From the IMG/VR virus record IMGVR_UViG_3300020190_000007, positions 96,001-160,000 of that record: a stretch of 64,000 bases of DNA; one strand, given 5' to 3'. The notes below the pieces were generated by a model that ran no database searches, was not told the DNA's origin, and was given only the letters and a program-made list of their open reading frames with translations. Source of the stretch: a virus. The translations under genes were made by a program, and so were the position numbers. This document shows, in pieces, positions 9,601-20,281 of the stretch (its first letter is position 1; every line of letters starts with the position of its first letter).

Positions 9601-11558
9601 TGGCTAATTCAAAAGAACCCAAAAAAAAACTTCAAGCTTCGATTGAAGCAATAAAAAAAATTAATGACGACCCAAAGGGTTCATTGGGTTCTATTGCCGA
9701 CTCTTATCAAAAAAACATACCGGACCCAAACGAGTTATTTTCTAAAAAAAGTGCCGATTTAAAAAATAAATTAAAATCTAAGGTAGAAAATAATAAAGAC
9801 ATCTTTAAAGAATTGTTAGAAATTACAGAACAATTCATTACCAGTAACAAAAAAACAAAAACCGATACTACACCAACAAAAAGTGACAGTGTACCTGTCA
9901 ATGTTGACAAGAATCTCGTAAAAGGAAAAATAAAACGTTATGCGGTTTCTTCCTCAAAAACAACTCTAAAATCTGCAAAACAAATTGCAATTAAACATTT
10001 TTCAGAAGCTCTTTTTATGGGTGACGGAATTTGTGGTAGTCAGTCCGTTTTTAATATAGATTCAATAGTCCTAAAACCTGACGAATTTGACTTCTTAGAT
10101 ATTTTTACAATTGACCCCGATTCAGATTGTGGTCAATTAATTTACGAGAAAAAGTCACCTGATAAAAACAAACAAAAGGCGAATAGAAAATTTTATGATT
10201 TAATGTCTTCAGGAGGTTTATACACTTACTCATCAAACAATGGTAAAAACCTATTTAGTACCCAATGGAGTGCTTCAACACAACAATTTTTAATTACAGG
10301 ATTAACTCAAGGTACAACAGGTACAACCAAAGTGCAAGACTTCATCAAAGACTATTATGAGTCTTTGGAATTTCCTGATATTGAAGATATCATGAAGACC
10401 GCTATGATGTTAACCATACAAGGCGGTTCAAGTTGTAGTGACTCAAGTAAATTTACAGTATCATTAAATAAATCTCTAAGATTAATTGATAAATTATTCA
10501 AAGTATGTGGTTCCAATACTCAAAAAGATGAATTAAAAAATCAGACACCTGTTGATATGTTTAGTGAAAACGACCAAGACATTGAATTCTATTTTGATTT
10601 CGATGATGTGGAAGGTATTGACTTAGACGATGAACAAAATAGATTTAAAAGAGTATTAAAGTTTAAAGACTGTTATAATTTTGAAATACCAGTAGACGAC
10701 ATGCATGTGGAGGATTTTATCTACTTAACAAATAATCAGAGCGTAGAGAGTGCGGTAGACAACACTTTAGAAAATTTAGCTAAAGATGCTTTATCACAAT
10801 CAGACTCCTCTTTTGATATTAGCGCATTTTTAAATAACCTATTAAATAATTTCATCATCAATTTACCAAAAGCTTTGGTTATGTCGATTTTGTCGGCTAA
10901 AATATTCTTACCAATTATAGTATTATATAAAATATTTAAAACAGGTTTAACCAATGTGTATTTAAACAGTAAAGAATTAGCCAAGAAATTTTACAAGGCT
11001 ATCGGTGCGATAATTAAAGATTTATTTTGGTTATTCATAAGAGAATTTTATAGATTAATAAAAGTAGATTTATTGGCGTTTATCCAAAGTATTGTACAGA
11101 GAATTATTAAAAATAAGTACAAAAGGTATCTATTAATTATTACATCGTTAATTGCTTTATTGAGGAAAGCTTTAGAGACAGAGATAAATAATTGTTATGA
11201 TTTATTCCAAACAATACTATCAACAATTGAGGCCGCATTATCACAAAAAGCACCTATAACAATACCTTCAATTCTTTTACTATTTTCAGATTCATTACCG
11301 GGTTTCAGTCAAGATAGGGCATTTATGAATATCATGAATAAATTAGAAGCGTCAGGTGTACCTACCGGACCTTTATTTGGTGAATCAAATGACATAGGTA
11401 GTTTGGTAAAATCCGTTGTTGATGGGTATACCGAAGAAGAGGATGCAAATTCATTTGTAAAAATTGTATTGAAAGGTGGAACACTACCCGGTCCACCACT
11501 CGCTGGTGGCGCGGTAATACCACCTGGATTTATTACGGGCGTAGGTAAAAAACAATAA
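9600..11558 (+). CDS. Large hypothetical protein, possibly structural
   Basis: 652-aa ORF next to a baseplate-like gene. Confidence 0.6.
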   Translation: MANSKEPKKKLQASIEAIKKINDDPKGSLGSIADSYQKNIPDPNELFSKKSADLKNKLKSKVENNKDIFKELLEITEQFITSNKKTKTDTTPTKSDSVPVNVDKNLVKGKIKRYAVSSSKTTLKSAKQIAIKHFSEALFMGDGICGSQSVFNIDSIVLKPDEFDFLDIFTIDPDSDCGQLIYEKKSPDKNKQKANRKFYDLMSSGGLYTYSSNNGKNLFSTQWSASTQQFLITGLTQGTTGTTKVQDFIKDYYESLEFPDIEDIMKTAMMLTIQGGSSCSDSSKFTVSLNKSLRLIDKLFKVCGSNTQKDELKNQTPVDMFSENDQDIEFYFDFDDVEGIDLDDEQNRFKRVLKFKDCYNFEIPVDDMHVEDFIYLTNNQSVESAVDNTLENLAKDALSQSDSSFDISAFLNNLLNNFIINLPKALVMSILSAKIFLPIIVLYKIFKTGLTNVYLNSKELAKKFYKAIGAIIKDLFWLFIREFYRLIKVDLLAFIQSIVQRIIKNKYKRYLLIITSLIALLRKALETEINNCYDLFQTILSTIEAALSQKAPITIPSILLLFSDSLPGFSQDRAFMNIMNKLEASGVPTGPLFGESNDIGSLVKSVVDGYTEEEDANSFVKIVLKGGTLPGPPLAGGAVIPPGFITGVGKKQ

Positions 11559-11559
11559 T

Positions 11560-11760
11560 ATGAATATTGAAAAATTACAAAATATTGTAGAAAATGCAAA
11601 AGATAAATCAAATAAGGATTTATTTGATGCTGAAGAATTTTTATTTAAACAACACGAAGAATTAAAACTGTACATTGTTGAATTAACAAAAAAATTAGAG
11701 TTCATTGAAAATCTACATGGGACAATAATTACTGAAATTGAAAATAGAAAAATACAATGA
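11560..11760 (+). CDS. Small coiled-coil protein
   Basis: ORF overlapping the start of the next gene. Confidence 0.6.
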   Translation: MNIEKLQNIVENAKDKSNKDLFDAEEFLFKQHEELKLYIVELTKKLEFIENLHGTIITEIENRKIQ

Positions 11761-13316
11761 AAATAGTTGATATAGGTGTATGTTTAGACAACAATGACCC
11801 TAAAGGTTTAGGACGTATTCGTGTTGTTGATTATGATGATTACATTGGGGGTAAATCGAATATAAAAGAAGGTATTCAAAATTGGAGTAAAGATGACCCA
11901 TTTGTAGCATCTCCATTTTTACCCAATAATATAAATTTTATACCTGAAAATAAACAAGCGGTTAAAATCATTAGATACGATACCGAAAAAACAACAGTAA
12001 ACCAAGAATACATTGCAGGTCCGTTTTCAACAAGATATGATTTTAACTCACAAGAATTTAATACACAAATATCTCAAACATCTTATGGTGTTTCTGTTGA
12101 GGATAAGGTAGATATTATAAAAAATGAAGAAGGAACTCTTCCCGAGAATTGTAAAAACGCCTTATCGAAATATAGAGACTATTCTGTAGGTGGAAAGTAT
12201 GGTTCTGATGCTTTATTTACACAAGACGGATTAGTTTTAAGAGGTGGTAAGTTAATTCAAAAGGAGGTTGCTAGTAATCAAAACAGAGAACTTCTAACAA
12301 AAGGATTCCCAATAGTTTCTGATAAGGTTGCTAAATTACATTTAAAAAAATTCGGACCTAAACAATTTATATCAGAAGAAATAAAAACGGAAAATGTAAC
12401 AGAGAATTCAAATTTAAAGTTCATAATTGAGTATGATGTTGACAACCTGACAAACCCAACTTATGTAAATTTTTATTTATATCAAATAAAACCTAATGTA
12501 ACTGAAAAATATAATTCAAGTAATTTTACGGAGTCGACGCAAATATTAGCGGGAGAATCTGTTTTTCTATCTGAATCCGGTAACACTTATACGTTTAGGA
12601 TTGATTTAAATTCAATTTTTTTATATAACGTAGCGTCACTAAACAAAAAAATTAAATTAATATATCAAGAAATTAGAAATAAACTAAAAACAATACAAAG
12701 TAATGGATTCGAGGATATTGTTCCTTTTAAAATACTCACAGATTTAATAGTAACTCAATCAGATTCAAACATATATCCTTTTTTCTTTAGACCGACAAAT
12801 GAGTTTGAAAACAGGTCAACAACAAGTACTGAAAAAAATAACAGATTAACTCTGTTTAATAACATAAAAATACCCGGGTCTACTTCAAAATCAAGTTTAG
12901 TTTATAATAGAGATAAGGTTACACCAAACACGAAGACAGTTGAAAAAGTCATAAAAGTTTTAAAAACGGATTCTACGTCTTTTGAACAAACTTTTGGAAA
13001 CGTGACCGCCGATAAAATTTACTTACTTTCTACGGACACAAATTTTACGGATAAAAAAATTGATTTTCCTGTTTTAAACACTTATGAATATGACCAATCT
13101 GACTATATTGAAAAGATAGAACCAAATACATATTCTTTAGTGAGAGGTGAAATATTATTAGATTTTATTGATGCTCTTTACACCGTTTTAACTAGTCACG
13201 TACACAATATCAATAAAGAGTATGTTAAGAATGGATACTCCCCTCACGCAAAATTGGAAATACTGTATAAAAAATTAAGGGACGAGTTGATAAATAAATC
13301 TATTAAAATCAACTAA
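11757..13316 (+). CDS. Baseplate hub/spike-like protein (gp5/VgrG OB-fold N-terminus)
   Basis: GVCLDNNDPKGLGRIRV and C-terminal SHVH. Confidence 0.65.
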   Translation: MKIVDIGVCLDNNDPKGLGRIRVVDYDDYIGGKSNIKEGIQNWSKDDPFVASPFLPNNINFIPENKQAVKIIRYDTEKTTVNQEYIAGPFSTRYDFNSQEFNTQISQTSYGVSVEDKVDIIKNEEGTLPENCKNALSKYRDYSVGGKYGSDALFTQDGLVLRGGKLIQKEVASNQNRELLTKGFPIVSDKVAKLHLKKFGPKQFISEEIKTENVTENSNLKFIIEYDVDNLTNPTYVNFYLYQIKPNVTEKYNSSNFTESTQILAGESVFLSESGNTYTFRIDLNSIFLYNVASLNKKIKLIYQEIRNKLKTIQSNGFEDIVPFKILTDLIVTQSDSNIYPFFFRPTNEFENRSTTSTEKNNRLTLFNNIKIPGSTSKSSLVYNRDKVTPNTKTVEKVIKVLKTDSTSFEQTFGNVTADKIYLLSTDTNFTDKKIDFPVLNTYEYDQSDYIEKIEPNTYSLVRGEILLDFIDALYTVLTSHVHNINKEYVKNGYSPHAKLEILYKKLRDELINKSIKIN

Positions 13317-13340
13317 AACGATATTTATACTATAAAGGGA

Positions 13341-14714
13341 ATGTCGTACTATCGCTCATATTTTTCTAAAAACAATACTATCATCGAAGACAGTAGAGTT
13401 AACACCGCAAAAAATCCAACAACTGAGATTTATTATGGGGACGGATATTCGAGATTCATATTTAAAGTTGATTTTACAGATTTACAATCAAAAATTGACA
13501 GTGGTGATTTAGTTATAACCACAGGAACAACTCACTACTTGAAAATGACTAATACGGTCATTGGTGACGCTAAATTAGTTGGAGACAGTAAGTCCAATGG
13601 TAAAGACCGAGCAACATCATTCGATTTAATATTATTTTCAATACCACAATCATGGGATGAAGGTGTTGGATATGATTATGAATTTACCACTTATGATGAC
13701 AGTTCAGGTAACAAAATATATGACACACGAGCTTCTAATTGGTACGATAGAACTACAACATCGGGATGGACTCATCCAGGTGTGTATACAGGTGCGACCG
13801 TAATAAGTACAATACACTTTGACAATGGTAATGAAAATATCAATGTTAACATTACAAATTATGTAAATGGTATATTACTATCAGGTAACACTGACCATGG
13901 ATTAGGGTTGGCTTTCACATCAGCATTTGAATCCATAACTACGGGTGAAACACAACAATCGGTATCGTTTTTCTCAAAATACACTCAAACATTCTTTGAG
14001 CCATTTGTTGAGACGACTTTGTACGATAGAATATATGATAACAGACATAATTTTATTGAAAAGAGATATAATAATCTTTATCTATATGTAACGAAAGGTT
14101 CTAATTTCTATGATTTAGAAAGTAACCCCACTGTTGATATACTTAATTCAAGTAGTGTTGCTATTTCTGGATTAACAGGTCTTACAACAACAAAAATTAG
14201 AAAAGGTGTCTACAAAGTGAGATTCGGTTTAACAGGACAACTATGTGATGGTAAAAGATTTTTCTATGATAGATGGAAAAATCTAACACTTGATGGTGTG
14301 TCTATAGGTAACGCCACTCAAAAGTTTGTACCAAAACCGTATACATCGGGGTATAGTGTTGGTTCAAACCCAACCGAGACTCAAAACTATAAAATTCAAT
14401 TTTCAGGAATAAAACAGAATGAAAAAATAATTAGGGGTGAATTAAAAAAGATTGTACTTTATTTGAAATCAATTGAACAATCAAGAACAATATTATTTGA
14501 CGATGTTTATTATAGAATTTTCATAAAAGAAGGAAAAACAAATGTAATTGTTTACGATTGGACTAATGTAGATGTTACAAATGAGAATTCTTTTTATTTA
14601 GATACATCGTTTATGATTCCAAGGGAGTATTTTATGGAATTTAAAGCTAAAACATATACTGAGGAAATATTTTACAACGACTATGTCAAGTTTGAAATAT
14701 TATCAGAAATTTAA
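13341..14714 (+). CDS. Putative virion structural protein
   Basis: Thr/Gly-rich, WDEGVGYD, late-promoter motif upstream. Confidence 0.55.
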   Translation: MSYYRSYFSKNNTIIEDSRVNTAKNPTTEIYYGDGYSRFIFKVDFTDLQSKIDSGDLVITTGTTHYLKMTNTVIGDAKLVGDSKSNGKDRATSFDLILFSIPQSWDEGVGYDYEFTTYDDSSGNKIYDTRASNWYDRTTTSGWTHPGVYTGATVISTIHFDNGNENINVNITNYVNGILLSGNTDHGLGLAFTSAFESITTGETQQSVSFFSKYTQTFFEPFVETTLYDRIYDNRHNFIEKRYNNLYLYVTKGSNFYDLESNPTVDILNSSSVAISGLTGLTTTKIRKGVYKVRFGLTGQLCDGKRFFYDRWKNLTLDGVSIGNATQKFVPKPYTSGYSVGSNPTETQNYKIQFSGIKQNEKIIRGELKKIVLYLKSIEQSRTILFDDVYYRIFIKEGKTNVIVYDWTNVDVTNENSFYLDTSFMIPREYFMEFKAKTYTEEIFYNDYVKFEILSEI

Positions 14715-14727
14715 AATATTTATTATT

Positions 14728-15159
14728 ATGGATAACTTAGAAGGAATTATTAAAAATCAACTTGACAATTACAAGAATGAAAATATAACTGAAAACTACA
14801 TGTTTTTCAGTAATCTTAAACAACTTCACAGACAATGTCAAATGTTGTTACAATTAGACCCATCTATCGTTGAAGACATTTTACAAAATGGTCATGATTG
14901 GGCTGATGACCATGTTGCTGTCGCTAAAGAAAATGTTGACCAAGTTTTTGATTTTATGATGAATATAACGAAAGAATCATTAAACGAGGCCAAATCAAAT
15001 AAACTTTGTGCACGAGGAAAATCAGCAGCAAAATCAAAATTTAAAGTCTATCCAAGCGCGTACGCTAATGGATATGCGATTCAAGTTTGTAAAGGTAAAA
15101 TAAAAGGTTTAGATGGGGTAAGAAAGTGCTCGGGGTCATATTGCTCGGGTAAAAAATAA
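14728..15159 (+). CDS. Hypothetical protein (probable start 14728)
   Basis: YPSAYANG motif and Cys pairs. Confidence 0.6.
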   Translation: MDNLEGIIKNQLDNYKNENITENYMFFSNLKQLHRQCQMLLQLDPSIVEDILQNGHDWADDHVAVAKENVDQVFDFMMNITKESLNEAKSNKLCARGKSAAKSKFKVYPSAYANGYAIQVCKGKIKGLDGVRKCSGSYCSGKK

Positions 15160-16187
15160 TGGATAAAAAAATTGTCTGTCAATGCGGTTGGAATTGGTCT
15201 TTATATGATGGTGGAGATGACCCGTATACGTGTCATAAATGTGGTCATGATAATACAGATAAGTACACAATGAAGATTTATATTAGTGAAGAAGATTTAT
15301 CTTATGTAAATGAATCTATTGAATCTGGAGAGGTTTTAAAAGAAGACTTGGCAAGATGGTTTAAAGAAAAATGGGTTGACGTTTCTCGTAAGATTGACGG
15401 TAAACACCCCCCCTGTGGTAGAAAATCGGCTGATGGTGAAGAAGGTAGAAAGGGTTATCCAAAATGTAGACCATCAAAAAAAGTATCAAAAGACACTCCA
15501 AAAACCGCTGGTAGTTATAGTAAAAAAGAAAAAAAATCTATGACTTCTCAAAAAAGAAGAGCAGAAAAGAAAGAACCGAAGATAGGCAAGGGTAACAAAC
15601 CTACAATGACAAAATTTAATGAAAATATGGAAAATATAATTAAATTAGATACAACTACAATTCAAAATACAATTAAACATCCAAAATTGGTTACTGAAAA
15701 TATGGAAATTTCTAACGCTCTCCAATATCATATTATTTATAAAAAATCATTATTAGAAAATGTATACAAATTAGGTACTGATAATTTTTTTAAATTATTA
15801 GAAGAATGTAAAGAACTATATTTGACTGGTCACTTAGATTTATCGGATGAGGATATTACATTCATTTATCAAAATGAATACGGCCCAATTGAAGAAACTA
15901 ATTATGAAATTACAGACCTTTTAAATGAAGCCGAATATCAGGGAAGAAAGGTACAACTTGGAAAAATTATGCAGGGTGATATTAAGAAATTTAAAGTTTA
16001 TGTTAAGAATGATAAAGGAAAAGTAGTAAAAGTAAATTTTGGGTTTGGTGGTAAATCTGCAAAGGGTAAAGTAATGAAAATTAAAAAGAATAATCCCGAA
16101 AGAAGAAAATCATTTAGAGCTAGACACAATTGTGATAATCCAGGTCCACGTTGGAAACCAAGATATTGGGCTTGTAGAACTTGGTAA
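15159..16187 (+). CDS. Multi-module basic Cys-rich protein
   Basis: CQCGW..CHKC; WFKEKWVD; ERRKSFRARHNC...YWAC. Confidence 0.6.
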   Translation: MDKKIVCQCGWNWSLYDGGDDPYTCHKCGHDNTDKYTMKIYISEEDLSYVNESIESGEVLKEDLARWFKEKWVDVSRKIDGKHPPCGRKSADGEEGRKGYPKCRPSKKVSKDTPKTAGSYSKKEKKSMTSQKRRAEKKEPKIGKGNKPTMTKFNENMENIIKLDTTTIQNTIKHPKLVTENMEISNALQYHIIYKKSLLENVYKLGTDNFFKLLEECKELYLTGHLDLSDEDITFIYQNEYGPIEETNYEITDLLNEAEYQGRKVQLGKIMQGDIKKFKVYVKNDKGKVVKVNFGFGGKSAKGKVMKIKKNNPERRKSFRARHNCDNPGPRWKPRYWACRTW

Positions 16188-16628
16188 TTAATAATAATTA
16201 ACAACAACCCCACATTCAAGGAGGAGTTGGAGGGATTTCTTTTGAGATTCATCCCACTTCTCCTTATTTTTTGTGGTACATACCTCTTTACAGTAAACAG
16301 TTTTAATTCCACTATTTACTATACCTCTAGCACAGTCCATACATGGTAATCCCGACGTAAGATATATTGTGGAACCTTTTAATGGTGTTCCTACACGAGC
16401 GGCGTTATAAATTGCATTACGTTCCGCATGTTCAAACCAGAAGTATTTTTCAGGTCTTTCCTGACGTTCTAATTTAGAATCGTCCATTCCCCTTGGGAAA
16501 GAATTATAACCCGTAGAAAGTACCTCATTGTCACCCCCAACGATTACCGCACCTATCTGTGTGAATTGGTCTTTTGATTTAAGTTTTACTTGTTCCGCTA
16601 ATCCTAAAAAATATTCCGTCCAATTCAT
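16188..16628 (-). CDS. dCMP deaminase
   Basis: STGYN, HAERNA and PCMDC zinc motifs. Confidence 0.92.
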   Translation of the reverse strand: MNWTEYFLGLAEQVKLKSKDQFTQIGAVIVGGDNEVLSTGYNSFPRGMDDSKLERQERPEKYFWFEHAERNAIYNAARVGTPLKGSTIYLTSGLPCMDCARGIVNSGIKTVYCKEVCTTKNKEKWDESQKKSLQLLLECGVVVNYY

Positions 16629-16978
16629 ATTAATTTTTGGTTTGAAATAAAATGTACTCTATTATTGTAATATAATCTAAGATTTTCGGCAAGACCTTTT
16701 TCCATTAATTTACTCATCTCTCTACAATTGTCCGAATCACTAATATCAATACCGACTATGAATCTACCATCATATTGTTTTTGATAAGTAATTGGTCGAA
16801 TATATTTTCCTTGGTCTTCCATCTTAAGATATTTCACCATTTCATCTTTAGTCTGTTTACACTCAATATTCCTACTTTCTATCAAACCTTTTAATACGTC
16901 TAATCTTAATTTCTCATAATCAAAGGGTTCGTCGGACATAATTGCTTTTTGTATATTTTTTTTTGATATTTTACCCAT
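16625..16978 (-). CDS. Hypothetical protein
   Basis: ORF with TATATTTG on the minus strand at 16990-16983. Confidence 0.6.
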   Translation of the reverse strand: MGKISKKNIQKAIMSDEPFDYEKLRLDVLKGLIESRNIECKQTKDEMVKYLKMEDQGKYIRPITYQKQYDGRFIVGIDISDSDNCREMSKLMEKGLAENLRLYYNNRVHFISNQKLI

Positions 16979-17010
16979 ATTACAAATATACTGAAAAATT
17001 GTACAATAAA

Positions 17011-17034
17011 AAAGGGGGACTAATGTCCCCCTTT
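17011..17034 (-). terminator. Intrinsic terminator after the major capsid gene
   Basis: AAAGGGGGAC-TAAT-GTCCCCCTTT hairpin; the A-run gives a minus-strand U-tract. Confidence 0.85.
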
Positions 17035-17054
17035 CTATTATGAGATAGTTATGA

Positions 17055-18818
17055 TTATCTCAAGGTGTCAAGACTAAATGTAGACAAACCACTTACGTTT
17101 ACCACACCAAAATAACGGTTGTTAACCATTTTCTTAGCGTATCTGGTCATAATACCTTTGATTGGTGTAAAGTTGAATGGATTGTACATTGTAGGTGTTA
17201 ATTGTAATGGAACGTATGGTGCGTAAATATAACCAGCGTCCAACAATGATTTACCTTTGTGACCGATAACAACCTTACCAGCTGGTAAGTATGGGTCACG
17301 GTACACTTGATAACGACCTGCTAAAGAACCGATTTTCTCGATACCCATGTTATATTGGTCTTGCTCAGGAGCCGCGTTTGAAACGTGGAAGTATTCCAAG
17401 TCGTCAAATACTGCAGATACCTCAGAAGATACAACAATCCAGTTAGCTCCACCTCTTAAGGTAGTTTTATGGATTTGAGCTGAGATTTGGTTAATTTTGG
17501 TAACCAATGTTTGGTTCCAGTCTTTTTGAGTGTAACCAGCGAATGATGAACCATCGTTACCGTATCTCCATTCGTTGTAGTCCCACTTAGATGTCCAAGC
17601 GGCACCTTTACGAATGTCACGAAGGATTTCACGGTCGATTTCTGCTGCGATTTGCTCAGACAATAAAGCTGTCAATTCAGCTTCAGCATCGATGTTGTGG
17701 AATGCACTTACGTCTTGTGCTAATTCAGGAGACCAGCTAGCTCTCAATTTTCTTTCAGTTACAGAAACTGTTACTGACTCAAGGTCGAAAGATACTTCAC
17801 CGATTTCTTCTTCGAATTCTAATGAATTGTATTCTCTCCAACTTACCTTAATGTCACTCGCCGCTAATGATGAACCAGCAACTGTGTAATCTGTAAAACC
17901 TGTTGTTACACCGTTGTACTTTTGTAAGTCGATAGATAAGTAAATAACTCCATCAGCGTCACAAACGTTTGTGAATTTACCTGTTCTACCACTGTCTTTA
18001 GAACCGTACTCTACAATGCCTTTACCGTATTTTTGAGTTACTACGCTGAAAGGAATATTAGCGGCTGCAGTAGCACCTAAGTGAGTATATAACGAACTAT
18101 CAAGACCTGATAAAGTGTAAACAGTTAATGATGCTAAGAACTCTTCAGTATCCATGACATGACCATTAGGGCCGGAAAGTTTACTAGCACCTTCGTAAGT
18201 TGTAAAACCTGAAATTTTAGCAATTACACTTGATACTGTGTTACCTGTAGCAATAGCCGCTTGAGTTGAAGCTACGCCGTTACTAAATGTAACAAATTCA
18301 ATTGTTGAGCCAGTAATTGTTGCAAAAGTACCTTTTGAGTAGTCAAACAAACCAGAATCAACTGAATCACTCGCTTCGTAGAAACGGTCATACAAGTTGT
18401 TACCAGTGTAACCAACGGCTGGGTCGGTATCGGTTGTGTTTGGGAAACCGAATGGTTGACGGTGTGCGTTTGCCGATGTTCTATCTTGAATTTTAGGTAC
18501 AAAGTAGAACAATTTACCGATAGGTAAGTTCATTGCTTGTACGGATACGATGTCGTTCGCTAACAATTTAGAGAAAACACGACGGATAATAGGGAATACT
18601 ACAGTTTCAAATGAACCTGAAGCATCGGCTACAGCCGCTTCGTTGATTAGGTATGAAGCTTGGTTTTCATACAATTGTGCGATGTTGTCTTTTTGGTGAC
18701 CGTTAAGACCCTCAAGGAATCCTAAGTCATCCCATTTTTTAATGGTATCTTCTTTGATAACACGGAGGTGTTTTAATCCAATGTTACCAACCATACCAGA
18801 TTCTAATAATGCTCCCAT
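17055..18818 (-). CDS. Major capsid protein (T4 gp23-like)
   Basis: VQAMNLPIG, RKLRASWSPELAQD, AELTALLSEQIAAEIDREI, YAPYVPL, GIMTRY. Confidence 0.97.
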   Translation of the reverse strand: MGALLESGMVGNIGLKHLRVIKEDTIKKWDDLGFLEGLNGHQKDNIAQLYENQASYLINEAAVADASGSFETVVFPIIRRVFSKLLANDIVSVQAMNLPIGKLFYFVPKIQDRTSANAHRQPFGFPNTTDTDPAVGYTGNNLYDRFYEASDSVDSGLFDYSKGTFATITGSTIEFVTFSNGVASTQAAIATGNTVSSVIAKISGFTTYEGASKLSGPNGHVMDTEEFLASLTVYTLSGLDSSLYTHLGATAAANIPFSVVTQKYGKGIVEYGSKDSGRTGKFTNVCDADGVIYLSIDLQKYNGVTTGFTDYTVAGSSLAASDIKVSWREYNSLEFEEEIGEVSFDLESVTVSVTERKLRASWSPELAQDVSAFHNIDAEAELTALLSEQIAAEIDREILRDIRKGAAWTSKWDYNEWRYGNDGSSFAGYTQKDWNQTLVTKINQISAQIHKTTLRGGANWIVVSSEVSAVFDDLEYFHVSNAAPEQDQYNMGIEKIGSLAGRYQVYRDPYLPAGKVVIGHKGKSLLDAGYIYAPYVPLQLTPTMYNPFNFTPIKGIMTRYAKKMVNNRYFGVVNVSGLSTFSLDTLR

Positions 18819-18845
18819 TTTAGTATTAATTTTTAATTTTTAAGT

Positions 18846-20201
18846 TTATTTTATTTTTGCCATTAAATCTTTCATTCTTCTGAATTGTGGATTCTCATAT
18901 GCTTTTGATTCCGACAATACTTTTGAAGAAGAAGATGTTTGTGACGTTGTTATTTTATCAACCACTGATTCAGTTACAGGTTTTTTTGTATCTAATTCAG
19001 TTTTTATAGAACTATATAAGTTCTTAGACTCTTTCAAGGTTGAGATTGAATCGAATCTTTTTAAGATGTTTAACTTCTCTTGTTTGGTGGTCGAGTGTTC
19101 AGTAAACAAACGGGTAGCGTAAGCCAAGTTAGCGTTGAATACAGCAACTTCATTTAACTTTTCTTTGAATAAGACTAAAGCCTTTTTATATTCATCGTTT
19201 TGTTTTTTGAGTTTACTAACTTCTTCGTTGATTGAACCCGAACCAGCTTTATATTTTGTTTTGCCTTTAATACCGGCTCTATTCATACCACCTTTATCTC
19301 CGTGAAGATTTGATGTAGTTCTTGATGCTTCATCAACGTCACCCATCTTGGGGTCTTGGTCTTCGTCATCTTCGCACATCTTTTCGTCCTCGTACATCTT
19401 GGGGTCTATTTCATATTCGCACAACTCGTCGTCCTCGGGCATCATCATAGGGTCCATCATGTCTTCATCAACATCATCAAGTTCGATTTCGTAAACTGTT
19501 TGTTCAGAATCATCCATCATTTCTTTCAATTCATTTGAATATTCCGACTCATAACCCATGCCCATGTCTTCATCATCCATTTCCATGTCTTCATCATCCA
19601 TTTCCATGTCTTCATCATCCATTTCCATGTCTTCATCATCCATTTCCATGTCTTCATCATCCATTTCCATGTCTTCATCATCCATTTCCATGTCTGCACC
19701 TAACTTAATGATATACTCGTCATCACCATCAGACAATTCGATGTGGTCATCATCTTTCTTAACGATTACTCCATCTTCAGGACTCATTGCTTTAAAAACT
19801 TTTAAAATTTCGTCTTCGTCAGCACCAGTCATATCAACCACATCGTCATCATCCATGTCTCCAAAGTCGTTCATGTTATCCATGTCGCCAAAGTCGTCAT
19901 CAGATGAATCTTTTGAGTCGATGTCTTTAGATAGTTCATCAGATGAGTTGTCATCATCTTCGTCTGATTTATCGTCCCCAGTGTTATCGTCAGCACCTGC
20001 TGATACATCGTCTGCGGGGTCTTCTTCAGGATTAGGTTGTTCTTTAACAACTTTTTCCTCATCTTCCATGGATTCTTTCAACAAATCGCCGATTTCTTGT
20101 TTCATAGTTGAAGCAAGTATACCTTTTGCGTTTGCCCTTACCGCCTCCTCAAGGGTCTGTACTTGAAGCAATGCTTGTTCTAGAATGGATTTTTCGCTCA
20201 T
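18846..20201 (-). CDS. Prohead core/scaffolding protein, highly acidic
   Basis: Lies between protease and capsid genes; acidic centre and coiled-coil C-terminus. Confidence 0.75.
   Translation of the reverse strand: MSEKSILEQALLQVQTLEEAVRANAKGILASTMKQEIGDLLKESMEDEEKVVKEQPNPEEDPADDVSAGADDNTGDDKSDEDDDNSSDELSKDIDSKDSSDDDFGDMDNMNDFGDMDDDDVVDMTGADEDEILKVFKAMSPEDGVIVKKDDDHIELSDGDDEYIIKLGADMEMDDEDMEMDDEDMEMDDEDMEMDDEDMEMDDEDMEMDDEDMGMGYESEYSNELKEMMDDSEQTVYEIELDDVDEDMMDPMMMPEDDELCEYEIDPKMYEDEKMCEDDEDQDPKMGDVDEASRTTSNLHGDKGGMNRAGIKGKTKYKAGSGSINEEVSKLKKQNDEYKKALVLFKEKLNEVAVFNANLAYATRLFTEHSTTKQEKLNILKRFDSISTLKESKNLYSSIKTELDTKKPVTESVVDKITTSQTSSSSKVLSESKAYENPQFRRMKDLMAKIK
19562..19695 (-). repeat. Perfect 21-bp tandem repeat x6 encoding DMEMDDE
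   Basis: (CCATGTCTTCATCATCCATTT)6 on the plus strand. Confidence 0.95.
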
Positions 20202-20281
20202 ATTATTAAATATATTTACCTATAAATATGCTGATAATGTAAAAAAATACCGATTATAGTTTGATAACCTATAATAAATTA

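Noticed and set aside
19558-20166. Ser-rich plus-strand ORF
   Set aside because: Antisense shadow of the acidic scaffold gene; the other short ORFs opposite long genes were dismissed for the same reason
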